Source: Pristiophorus japonicus
Taxonomy: Eukaryota
Direction of reading: 5' to 3'
NCBI RefSeq assembly: GCF_044704955.1
Contig: NC_091979.1
Span: 292,330,001 to 292,394,000, forward strand
DNA: 64,000 nt
The notes below the pieces were generated by a model. The model was not told the origin of the DNA. It made no database searches and worked only from the letters and a program-made list of their open reading frames with translations. The first letter of the stretch is position 1. Each line of letters begins with the position of its first letter. Shown here one piece after another: positions 52,309 to 64,000 of the stretch. A program made the translations under genes and the position numbers.

Positions 52309-55300
52309 TGTTGGAAATGCAGACTATGGATGTACTCTGTGTAGTCACTGTGTAGTTGCATATGATGGAAACTTGTTTACCTGATGTACTATCAATAAGT
52401 GTTAAACTGTGTATATACATGCTGACACCATAGAGGGTGCAACTGGTGGAGACTGGGGTTTCCTGCCCTGGTGGCAGGGCCCAGTATAAAAGGCTGCATA
52501 CCATGTTTGTGCCTCACTCTGGAGTTTGGAATAAAGGACCAAGGTCACTACAGTTTGAGTACAACATATTGCCTCGTGGAGTCATTCATAAGTACATTGC
52601 AGACATAACAACTGGCGACAAGAATAATGGCTATCTTTGGTACACTAAAAGACTTTGCAGAGGGTGGTGATTGGGATGCCTTCATGGAAAGGCTCGAGCA
52701 AACGACCTGGCAGGGAGATGGACACATTGGCCGAGAAGCGCAAGGCTATACTGCTGACCAGTTGTGGGCCCGAGGTCTACCGCCTCGTCAGGGATTTTCT
52801 GGCACCCATGAAGGCCAAGCATAAGACATATGATGAGCTGACTGAACTAATTCGTGACTAACTAAAACCAAAAGAGAGCATCCTCACCGCCAGGTACAGA
52901 TTCTACACTCACCGCAGACCTGAGGGCCAGGAGATTGCAAAATATGCTGCCGACCTCAGGAGACTTGCGGCACCATGTGATTTTGGCACGCATCTCAACG
53001 AAGCATTGCGAGACATCTTCATTATGGGAATCAGCCACAAGGGCCTCCTTCATAAATTATTATCTGCCGACACCACAGTCAACCTGCAGAAGGCCATCAG
53101 CATCAGTCAGGCGTTCATGACCTCGACCTGCAGCACCAAGCAAATCATTCATCCTGTAGACTCAAACCCGGCAAGTACTGTACACAGAATGTGCCTTTCA
53201 CAGGCAGGACTGTAGAACGTGGCTCTGCCCAGGGCAGAGTGCACAGACCTCAGGGTTCCAGAATTCAAAGTCCGCCGAGGGGTGCTAATCGAGTAGCACC
53301 ATGCTGGCATTGCGGAGGAAACCATAGGACTCACCAGTGTCGGTTTGCTGAGTACGTATGCAAAGCCTGTAACACGAAGGGCCACCTCCAGCGTATGTGT
53401 AAAAGAAATACGACTCACCATCTAGCGGAGGAGTCGGTAGATGACTTTGAATCCATGAATGATGATTTGGCAAGAGGGGCAGCTCAGCTCCAAGAAGAAT
53501 TGTATGGAGTGTATACCTGCACTACCGATTGTCCTCCAGTGAAGATGGAAGTCGAGATAAACGGCGTTCCAGTCTTCATGGAAGTGGACATGGGAGTGAG
53601 CCAGGATGACTTAGAGAGGCTATGGAACGAAAAACGACCCGAGCTGGTTCCAGTACAGGAAAAGTTGAGCACCTACACCAAGGAGCTGATCCCAGTCCTT
53701 GGTAGTGCGGATGTAAGTGTAATCCATAATGGCGTGGTGCACAAGTTACCTCTGTGGATTGTTGCAGGTGATGGTCCAATGCGATTTGGAAGAAGGTGGA
53801 TGGGGAAGATCCAGTGGAAATGGGAAGACCTCTTCACTCCAGCAATCGATGTCCCCCGTGCTCAGAGGCAGAGCAAAACCACACCTTCGCTTGGGCTAAG
53901 CACAAGAGAACAGACCAGCGCAGCACCTGAGGCACAGACCATCCATCACGACTGCGTGGCAATGATCCAACCAGAACGACCTAAAAGTACCTTCCTGGCT
54001 CCAGTGGCAGGACTCCTGGGGAGGAAGATCGAATTCACAGGCACTCTTCCAGCTTTTGTGGCAGAATTGTAGGAGAGAAAGATCAAGGCAGTCGACCTTG
54101 AGGACAGAGGCAAGATGGCGTCCCTGCTGCAGTGAGGGGCAGCGTGATTGGAAAAAAAAGATGGCCACAGCCATATCACATGCAATGCTGAGGGACCAAC
54201 ACGTGGTGTCTAACAAAGGAATTGACTGGGGTAAAGCCAGCAGGGTTCTCTTAAAGAAGACCGACAACCAACTGAACTTAAAGACATTGTATGCATGGCA
54301 ATCAATGTAACGAACTGATTAAGATTGTGAACAAAATGTTGTTGCAAATTGTCGGTACTATTGCTAATGTAAAGAACAAAGTTTTTGCAAGATGTCAGGA
54401 ATCGAGTGTCCCCAAAAGTAGCAAGCGAGCGACCTCAGGAGGGTGACGGCACTGATCCTGATACCCTGCCCCAGGTCTATCCCACGCTGCAGGCACCTGA
54501 TGGCACTACTCGCCACGGACCGGGAAACAAAAATGATGCCAATACGCGCAGTCGGCCGCCATTGCCCACCACCCGGGTGGAGACGGTGCAGCTCCCAGAC
54601 CCAGTCGCTACCTCGGCCATGTCCGGGAGCGAAAGGTCAGAACCAACGAGTTCCCCAAACGGGACCTGAAACAGCCAGGTTCCCAACACCGTGAGAGAGC
54701 AGGCAGAAGATTTTGCAGCCCTCAAAAGAGGACAGGGAGGCCACACATCTGTGGCTCTGCCCACCACTAGGCAATGGCAAAAGCCCCGAATACTGGCTAG
54801 GTGAGTGAACCAAGTCCACCCCGCTAGCAGGGGGCGCAGCGCCATCAGACGACTAGGACTCCGTCCGGTTGCTCTGGAACTAGCGTCCTCGCATACCTGT
54901 ACTGCTACCTCAGTACTGACCATGAATGCAATCTACCCAATCCTGGCGCATGACCTTTAAAATGTAATGAATGTAAGTCACTGAACCAAGGTGTCACGAT
55001 ACAAACGGTTAAAAAAATGTTTTTTTTCTTCCTTTCTTTTACTTGCACTGTGTCCAATCCTGTATGTTAATGTAATGGGCCAGCTGCATGATCTCGCTTT
55101 TGGGGGAGGGGAGGTGGGGAATGGATGTATGTAGTCATGGACACACACATGGATCATACCCAGAACCCACTGGAACCTCCACTGCATCATCGAACCATCC
55201 AATCTGGTAACCACTATCCAACGTTGTGGCAAAAGGACTTGGGGCTTAACAGGGAGAGAGCCAAGCCAAAGCACAGCCAAGGTCCAAGGGCTATTGGCAC

Positions 55301-55680
55301 TTAAGTCTGGGGAGAGCTAAGCCAGAGCACATAGTGCAAAGGTAATTGGCACAAAGGACTTTGGGGAGAGTGATGTTGTATATGCAGACTATGGATGTAC
55401 TCTCTGTGTAGTCACTGTGTGGTTGCATAAGATGGAGACTTGTTTACCTGATGTACTATCAATAAGGTTTACACTGTGTATAGACATGCTGGCACCACTA
55501 GAGGGTGCAACTGGTGGAGACTGGGGGTTTCCTGCCCTGGTGGGCAGGGCCCAGTATAAAAGGCTGCACACCATGCTTGTGCCTCACTCTGGAGTTTGAT
55601 ATAAAGGACCAAGGTCACTACAGTTTGAGTACAACACATTGCCTCGTGGAGTCATTCATGAGTACATTCCAGACATAATA
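52309..55680 (+). mobile_element. Non-autonomous Gypsy element (gag + protease only)
   Basis: TSD TTTTC. LTRs at 52309-52610 and 55374-55680; PBS TGGCGACAAG; gag with CWHCGGNH..CKAC..GH; protease MEVDMG..GDGP; no RT, RNase H or IN motifs found; PPT before 55374. Confidence 0.92.
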
Positions 55681-56438
55681 TTTTCTAAGGGCTATTTGGC
55701 CAGGGTTTCCACCGATCTTCTCTGAGGTTATCCTCCATGGAAATTTTACCTCATTATTTTTGAAGAAGAAATGGAGCTAGCTTTTCATCTTTACTACCTG
55801 GGTTTAAAGCATCACCTGTCTGAAAAGCAGAGTAGAAAATGAGGTGTACAAGATTGCACGCATGTTACAGCTGATTTTTGTTTAATTTCTGTTCAGGGTG
55901 TGCAATCTGGTGGGGGGGGGGAGAAGGGGGTCTGTGATCGCGGCCTGGGTCTGATCACGTAGTGCGGGAAACAGGTTTGCTTTGAGGTTCAGGAGGGAAG
56001 CACTCCTCCTCCTGGCCCACAAGCAGTGCTGGAAAAGCACTTACTACTTCCATGCAGCAGTCCTCACCTACATTTAGCTCCCAGCTGGCCAGCAATAAAG
56101 TTGGAAGAGACGAAATCTGAGGCACACAGCCTCATTATAATATTTAAATGAGTGACCCGTTTCCTGAGAGTGCATTGGTTGCCCACCTCTATTAAAACCT
56201 GGAAGTGGATGGGTTCGGTTTGGGTTTTAAATTTTTTACATTTTAACATTCCACCCGACCCTAAACCCACCTGTTTTGGGGGGGGGTTAATATTATCCCC
56301 ATTCCTCCTCATCATGACAAGGCACACTGCAGCTGATCCATGATGTAATATGTCTACCACTGAAAATTCTTAATATTTAACAAGAGCTTCAGCGTATGAG
56401 AGGTTTGAGGAACGTTATGCAAGATATGTACTCACTCG

Positions 56439-59400
56439 GAAACATAGAAAATAGGTGCAGGAGTAGGCCATTCGACCCTTCGAGCCTGCACCACCATTCA
56501 ATAACATCATGGCTGATCATCACCTCAGTACCACTTTCCTGCTTTCTCTCCATATCCCTTGATCCCTTTAGCCATAAGGGCCATATCTAACTCCCTCTTG
56601 AATATATCCAATGAACTGGCATCAACAACTTTCTGTGGTAGAGAATTCCACAGGTTAACAACTGAGTGAATAAGTTTCTCCTCATCTCGGTCCTAAATGG
56701 CCTACCCCTTATCCTTAGATTGTGTCCTCTGGTTCGGGGCTTCCTAACATCGGGAACATTCTTCTTGCATCTAACTTGTCCAGTCCCATCAGAATTTTAT
56801 ATGTTTCTATGAGATCCTCTCTCATCCTTCTAAACTCCAGTGCATACAGGCCCAGTTGATCCAGTCTCTCCTCATGTCAGTCCTGCCATCCCGGGATTCA
56901 GTCTGGTGAACCTTCGCTGCACTCCCTCAATAGCAAGAACGTCCTTCCTCAAACTAGGAGACCAAAACTGAACACAATATTCCAGGTGAGGCCTCAGCAA
57001 AGCCCTGTACAACTGCAGTAAGACCTCCCTGCTCCTATACTCAAATCCCCTAGCTATAAAGGCCAACATACCCTTTGCCTTCGTCACCGCCTGCTGTACC
57101 TGCATGCCAACTTTCAATCACTGATGTACCATGACACCCAGGTCTCGTTGCACCTTCCCTTTTCGTAATCTGCCGCCATTCAGATAATATTCTGCCTTCG
57201 TGTTTTTGCCACCGAAGTGGATAACCTCACATTTATCCACATTATACTGCATCTGCCATGCATTTGCCCACTCACCTAACCTGTCCAAGTCACCCTGCAG
57301 CCTCTTAGCATCCTCCTCACAGCTCACACCGCCACCCAGCTTAGTGTCATCTGCAAACTTGGAGATATTACACTCAATTCCTTCATCTAAATCATTGATG
57401 TATATTTAAATAGCTGGGGTCCCAGCACTGAGCCCTGCAGCATCCCACTAGTCACTGCCTGCCATTCTGAAAAGGATCCGTTTATCCCGACTCTCTGCTT
57501 CCTGTCTGCCAACCAGTTCTCTATCCACGTCAATACATTACCCCCAATACCATGTGCTTTAATTTTGCACACCAATCTCTTGTGTGGGACCTTGTCAAAA
57601 GTCTCTTGAAAGTCCAAATACACCACATCCACTGGTTCTCCCTTGTCCACTCTACTAGTTATATCCTCAAAAAATTCTATAAGATTTGTCAAGCATGATT
57701 TCCCTTTCAAAAATCCATGCTGACTTGGATCGATCCTGTTACTGATTTCCAAATATGCTGCTATTTCATCCTTAATGATTGATTCTAACATTTTCCCCAC
57801 TACTGATGTCTATAATTACCCGTTTTCTCTCTCCCTCCTTTCTTAAAAAGTGGCGTTACATTAGCTACCCTACAGTCCATAGGAACTGATCCAGAGTCGA
57901 TAGACTGCTGGAAAATGATCACCAATGCATCCACTATTTCTTGGGCCACTTCCTTAAGTACTCTGGGATGCAGACTTTCAGGCCCTGGGATTTATCGGCC
58001 TTCAATCCCATCAATATCCCGAACACAATTTCCTGACTAATAAGGATTTCTTTCAGTTCCTCCTTCTCACTAGACCCTTGGTCCCCTAGTATTTACATAA
58101 GAACATAAGAATTAGGAACAGGAGTTGGCCATCTAGCCCCTCGAGCCTGCTCCGCCATTCAACAAGATCATGGCTGATCTGGCCGTGGATTCAGCTCCAC
58201 TTACCCGCCCGCTCCCCATAACCCTTAATTCCCTTATTGGTTAAAAATCTATCTGTTATTTGAATACATTCAATGAGCTAGCCTCAACTGCTTCCTTGGG
58301 CAGAGAATTCCACAGATTCACAACCCTCTGGGAGAAGAAATTCCTTCTCAACTCGGTTTTAAATTGGCTCCCCCGTATTTTGAGGCTGTGCCCTCTAGTT
58401 CTAGTCTCCCCGACCAGTGGAAACAACCTCTCTGCCTCTATCTTGTCTATCCCTTTCATTATTTTAAATGTTTCTATAAGATCACCCCTCATCCTTCTGA
58501 ACTCCGAGTAAAGACCCAGTCTACTCAATCTATCATCATAAGGTAACCCCCTCATCTCCGGAATCAGCCTAGTGAACCGTCTCTGTACCCCCTCCAAGGC
58601 TAGTATATCCTTAAGTAAGGTGACCAAAACTGCATGCAGTACTCCAGGTGCAGTCTCACCAATACCCTATACAGTTGCAGCAGGACCTCCCTGCTTTTGT
58701 ACTCCATCCCTCTCGCAATGAAGGCCAACATTCCATTCGCCTTCCTGATTACCTGCTGCACCTGCAAACTAACTTTTTGGGATTCATGCACAAAGACCCC
58801 CAGGTCCCTCTGCACCGCAGCATGTTGTAATTTCTCCCCATTCAAATAACATTCCCTTTTACTGTTTTTTTTTTTTTTCCCAAGGTGGATGACCTCACAT
58901 TTTCCGACATTGTATTCCATCTGTCAAACCTTAGCCCATTCGCTTAACCTATCTAAATCTCTTTGCAGCCTCTCTGTGTCCTCTACACAACCTGCTTTCC
59001 CACTAATTTTTGTGTCATCTGCAAATTTTGTTACACTACACTCTGTCCCCTCTTCCAGGTCATCTATGTATATTGTAAACAGTTGTGGTCCCAGCACCGA
59101 TCCCTGTGGCACACCACTAACCACCGATTGCCAATCTGAAAAGGTTAATTGTATGTTCCTTAGTAAAGACAGAACCAAAATATTTGTTCAATTGGTCTGC
59201 CATTTCTTTGTTCCCCATTATAAATTCACCTGATTCTGACTGCAAGGGACCTATGTTTGTCTTCACTAATCTTTTTCTGTTCACATATCTATAGAAGCTT
59301 TTGCAGTCCGTTTTTATGTTCCCAGCTAGCTTCATATTCTATTTTCCCCCTCCTAATTAAACCCTTTGTCCTCCTCTGCTGAATTCTAAATTTCTCCCAG

Positions 59401-60370
59401 TCCTCAGATTTGTTGCTTTTTCTGGCCAATTTATATGCCTCTTCCTTGGATTTAACACTATCCCTAATTTCCCGTGTTAGCCACAGTTGTGGCACCTTCC
59501 CTGTTTTATTTTTACTCCAGACCGGGATGTACAATTGTTGAAATTCATCCATGTGATCTTTAAATATTTGCTATTGCCTATCCACTGTCAACCCTTTAAG
59601 TAACGTTCGCCAGTTTATTCTAGCCAATTTACGCCTCATACCATCGAAGTTACCTTTCCCGAAGTTCAGGACCTTAGTCTCTGAATTAACTGTGTCACTC
59701 TCCATCTTAATAAAGAACCCTACCATATTATGGTCACTCTTCCCCAAGGGGCCTCGCACATCAAGATTGCTAATTAGTCCTTTCTCATTACACATCACCC
59801 AGTCTAGGATGTCCAGCCCTCTAGTTGGTTCCTCGACATATTGGTCTAGAAAACCATCCCTAATACACTCCAGGAAATCCTCCTCCACCGTACTGCTACC
59901 AGTTTGGTTAGCCCAATCTATATGTAGATTAAAGTCGGCCATAATAACTGTTGTACCCTTATTGCATGCGTCCCTAATTTCTTGTTTGATGCTGTCCCTA
60001 ACCTCACTACTACTGTTTGGTGGTCTGTACACAACTCCCACTAGCGTTTTCTGCCCTTTGGTATTTCGCAGCTCTACCCATATAGATTCTACATCATCCA
60101 AGCTAATGTCCTTCCTTACTATTGCGTTAATTTCCTCTTTAACCAGCAACGCTACCCCACCTCCTTTTCCTTTCTGTCTATCCTTTCTGAATGTTGAGTT
60201 CTCAGCCTTGGTCACCCTGAAGCCATGTCTCCGTAATCCCAATTATATCATATTCGTTAATAGCTGCCTGCGCAGTTAATTCATCCACCTTATTACGAAT
60301 ACTTCTCGCATTGAGGCACAGAGCCTTCCGGCTTGTCTTTTTAACACACTTTGTCCCTTTAGAATTTTGC
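56439..60370 (-). mobile_element. CR1 LINE ORF2 (EN+RT), 5'-truncated, with nested CR1
   Basis: ORFs 56872-57800 (RT) and 59117-60242 (EN); tail at ~56440. Confidence 0.95.
58095..59143 (-). mobile_element. Nested CR1 (other subfamily) 3' fragment
   Basis: Has its own ttcttatgt tail at 58095 and a second GVPQGSVLGP/FADDTK block; host sequence resumes at ~59144. Confidence 0.92.
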
Positions 60371-61839
60371 CCCTTTAGAAATTAAACCTAAGAATTTTTG
60401 TTCCTCATTATTTTAGTATAATTAGAATTTTGGGGTTCCCAGGGGAAATCCTGCTTTCGCATATACACGCCAACTGCAATGTTCACTCGATGTCGAAACA
60501 ATGACAGCTGATTTTTGATCCGGTAATTGTTTGCCATATTTTATAACTGCAGGATCTTATAGCACCTCTTCTTGGCATGTGTAGGTGATACTAAATGTAT
60601 TCTGAAATGTAACCCAGTATGCAGATTACAGAGAAAAAAGGGGAAATAAATATATTGCAGCACGGCACATGCTGTGAGTGCGAAAATGCTGCATCTTACA
60701 CTCTGCATTTGCAAAAAAGTAATATATTCACGACATTAATCACAGTTACATTTCTCACTTTGCATCTGGTTAATTCAATTTCACATTTGTGTAAACATTT
60801 CATAAAACTGACAATGTGAAACTTCCTGCATTGTAAAATAAGACATTATCACACATGATGGGAGTAAATGGAATGACCTTTAAAGTTCCTATGATCTATG
60901 TGTGACCATTTCTGCATGTTGCTCCAACATACTGACTTAATCATTCATCTGGCAATAAATAACAGTAACAAATTTCCATCTACGTCAGCAATAATGACAG
61001 CATTAATTGGACCAAATATTATCTGAACAGTAAAACTGTTTCTAAAACTAATTAGGAGGGCAAATCACCTGGTGGGAGGCGTTGACTGGCCAGAAGAGGC
61101 CAAGGTAACATTGCTGTGACGTCCTTCTGCTCCTCCTGGTCCACAAGTGCCCTCCACCGCCCACTCCTCTCACACCCCAGGTCCCACAAGGAGTCCTTGG
61201 ATCTCCCCAACCCCATCCTTGTCTCTCCCTCTCTGCGCCGGCACCGGTTGCCAAAGCCCTTGCCCAGCGCTAACTTTATGCCAAACACAGTTTCCTTGGT
61301 TCACTGGCATCCTAAGGCGCCCGACCCGATCTCCAGCTCCCCCCGCTGGCCCTGACGTCAGTCTAGTTGGGTCTAGGAGGGAGACCGCCCTGCATTATTT
61401 AAATGAGGCTCAAAAGGTTCATTGCCCCATGCCCCATGCTGAGATCCCATGGGGGTTTTCCTCCCGCTTACACCCCCGCCCATCCCGAACGCACAGCCGA
61501 GTTAAAATCAAAGTTTCTGTATCAGTCTCTCCTCCTCTCAGTTTCCTCTCTATTCTGTATGTCTCCTTCATTTCTGTGTGGCCCCTTTACTGATTTACTC
61601 AATATGTATTCCTTGTCTTTTTAATGCCATGAGTGTGCATATACCAGGTTACAGCTGAGGGCAGGGAGATGCAATGAAAGGTGTTGCAATATGGGTGATT
61701 TAGAAAGAATGTGGAACTGAGAGTCAGCCTATGGCGGGGAACAGCAGGTGGTAGGAAACAACAGATTGGGGTTGAAGCATGGAAGGAACAGGTAGAGGGA
61801 ATGGGGGAGGGCTTGAGTCGACTAATCTTGGAAAATAGT

Positions 61840-63863
61840 GGGGGTTAAATTGGATAACCCCTGAAAACAGGCGCAGGATCACGATGTGCGATTAACGCGC
61901 GCCCATTGAATGCACTGCAGGCAGGATTTCTGTGAGCAACCAACGCTCCTGCGCTATTCATTGGCTGCATACATCAGCAGGGGCCCAATATCGTAAGTGC
62001 CTAGCACTACTTAAAGCTAGCCTGCACCTCTTAAAGGGGAGGTGCATTGTGGCTGCTGGTAATGCAGACATCAGGAAGGCCAATGGTATCTTGACCTTTA
62101 TTGCAAAGGGGATGGAGTATAAAAGCAGGGAAGTCTTGCTACAGTTATATAAGGTATTGGTGAGGCCACACCTGGAATACTGCGTGCAGTTTTGGTTTCC
62201 ATATTTACAAAAGGATATACTTGCTTTGGAGGCAGTTCAGAGAAGGTTCACTAGGTTGATTCCGGGGATGAGGGTGTTGACTTTTGAGGAAAGGTTAAGT
62301 AGGTTGGGCCTCTACTCATTGGAATTCAGAAGAATGAGAGGTGATCTTATCGAAAGGTATAAGATTATGAGGGGGTTTGACAAGGTGGATGCAGAGAGGC
62401 TGTTTCCACTGATGGGGGAGACTAGAATAAGTAGCCACTTAAAACTTGGATGAGGAGGAATTTCTTCTCTGAGGGTTGTAAACCTGTGGAATTCACTGCC
62501 TCAGAGAGCTGTGGAAGCTGGAACATTGAATAAATTTAAGACAGAAATAGACAGTTTTAAACGATAGGGGTTATGGGGAGTGGGGGAGGGGGGAGGGGGG
62601 AGGGGGGAGGTGGAGCTGAGTCCATGATCAGATCAGCCATGAGTTTATTGAATGGTGGAGCAGGCTCAAGGGGCCATATGGCCGACTCTTGTTCCTATTT
62701 CTTATGTTCTTATGAATATTGTGCTGTGGAAGAATCAATAATGGCTGACCATGGGAGAAAGCGTGTATGAATGTTTTTAGACTCTGCGCTGAAGGTCTTG
62801 GTGGAAAGAGGGAGAGAGGTCCTGCTTCCTCAGGTGGGCCAGAGGCCCTCCAGATACATACTCAGCAGGCAGTGGCAAGAGATAGCAGAGGAGGTCAATG
62901 CCAAGAGTGTAGCCGCAAGGATCTGGATGCAGTGCAAGAAAAGGTTTAATGATCTCACGTGAGTTGTTACTGTCAGTGAATGCATCTTCAAATGTTATAT
63001 TCTACCAACTGCACCACTAGCCACAGCGACTGCTCAATTCACCACACCCCCATCAATCACCTACCAACAACCTCTATTAATCAGGACTCATACCCAACAT
63101 TCATATGCTTTACCTCACACTCACATCTCACATCTTGCACATGCTACCAGCTATTCAACCGTGACAGCCACATCACTCAAACATTGCACGACACTCACTG
63201 ACACACTTCGCTCTTTCTTGCAGGAAAAGGTGGCACACAACAGGAGGCAACAGGAATTAATGGGAGGTGGAAGGCACATGCATGTTTTAATCTCCATGGA
63301 GAAGACAGTGCTGGCCATTGTGGGAAGGACTGGTGCTGAAGCCATTGAAGACGAGGGTATCAGCATACCTAATCCTTCATCTATCACTGCACATCTCCCT
63401 CATCCCTCAATCTCTTCTGACTTACAAGCCGCAGATTGTGTAAGCATGCAGTTCTTACTTTCTCCTCTCCCTTCACCACAACCTTACCCTTGTCCCTTTT
63501 CCCTTTCAGATATTCAACAACTGCAGCCTGCCCAGGAAGTGGAGGAAGAGCAAGAAGACAGTGATGAGAAAAACGCACCATCACTCGATTTCATACACTC
63601 AGCCACCAGCTCAGATACTGACTCTGCGCATATCTTAGAGGATAGCATAGAGGTGGTATCTGCACATGGTGAGACACTGGACACAAGTGTGCTGCAGCCA
63701 GGGAAGGGGGCAAGAATAGCGCAGGTGCGCAAATCCCTTTGCAAAAATGGATCGGTGCACAACCCATTGGAAGTGGGCACACGCATCACAGACGCTATTT
63801 TGTTTGTTTAAGAGACCTCATAGCAGCCATAAAACGGGTGCTACAGAGCCCAATTTCTCCCCC
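61840..63863 (+). mobile_element. Harbinger-derived element with 3-exon Myb/SANT gene relic and no transposase
   Basis: Ends GGGGGTTAAATTGG / CCAATTTCTCCCCC. FLDSALKVLV..WQEIAEEVNA..RIWMQCKKRFNDLT; cag|EKVAHNRRQQELMGGG at 63224; acidic exon from ~63510. Confidence 0.8.
62070..62714 (+). mobile_element. CR1 3' fragment
   Basis: IRKANGILTFIAKGMEYK..RRMRGDLIE; ttcttatg tail. Confidence 0.92.
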
Positions 63864-64000
63864 AGAGTAAGTAGGCAATGGAGCCTGGGTCTGGCAGATC
63901 TTTGGGATGGCTGGGCTTCTCACAGACCTATCCCACCTGAGGTGTGTTGCGGCAGTCAAGGGTCCAATTGTATACCTGTAGAGGAATCTCTCTCCATATA

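Noticed and set aside
60557-60583. YTCQ.. on the minus strand as candidate DNTT exon 3 (YACQRR)
   Set aside because: It continues EEVL then stop, with no further similarity or suitable splice sites.

Overview
This is vertebrate genomic DNA, inferred to be from a cartilaginous fish (shark/ray) on the basis of its TdT sequence and repeat families. The only host gene found is terminal deoxynucleotidyl transferase (DNTT/TdT) on the minus strand. Four in-frame GT-AG exons (171, 72, 124 and 133 bp; equivalent to human exons 4-7) lie between 34134 and 16754. Exons 1-3 and 8 onward were not found, so the rest of the window appears to be intron. Most of it is nested transposable elements: many CR1 LINEs (one full-length with a tandem 69-bp 5' UTR), a CR1/Jockey-group LINE, RTE, L2 and DeuSINE pieces, Penelope relics, three Gypsy elements with clean 5-bp TSDs, solo LTRs, and several decayed PIF/Harbinger elements and MITEs. 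The most unusual signals are: (1) a polyadenylated, TSD-flanked retroposon built from rearranged U2 snRNA stem-loops at 7109-7343; (2) Harbinger-like elements whose flanks are reverse complements of each other rather than TWA duplications; (3) a CR1 promoter made of TATA-bearing monomers plus a perfect splice donor, in sense orientation inside DNTT intron 3; (4) CTCF-like cores in Gypsy LTRs. No prokaryotic systems, CRISPR arrays, rRNA or tRNA genes were seen. Family names come from motif recognition, not database searches, and many TE boundaries are approximate.
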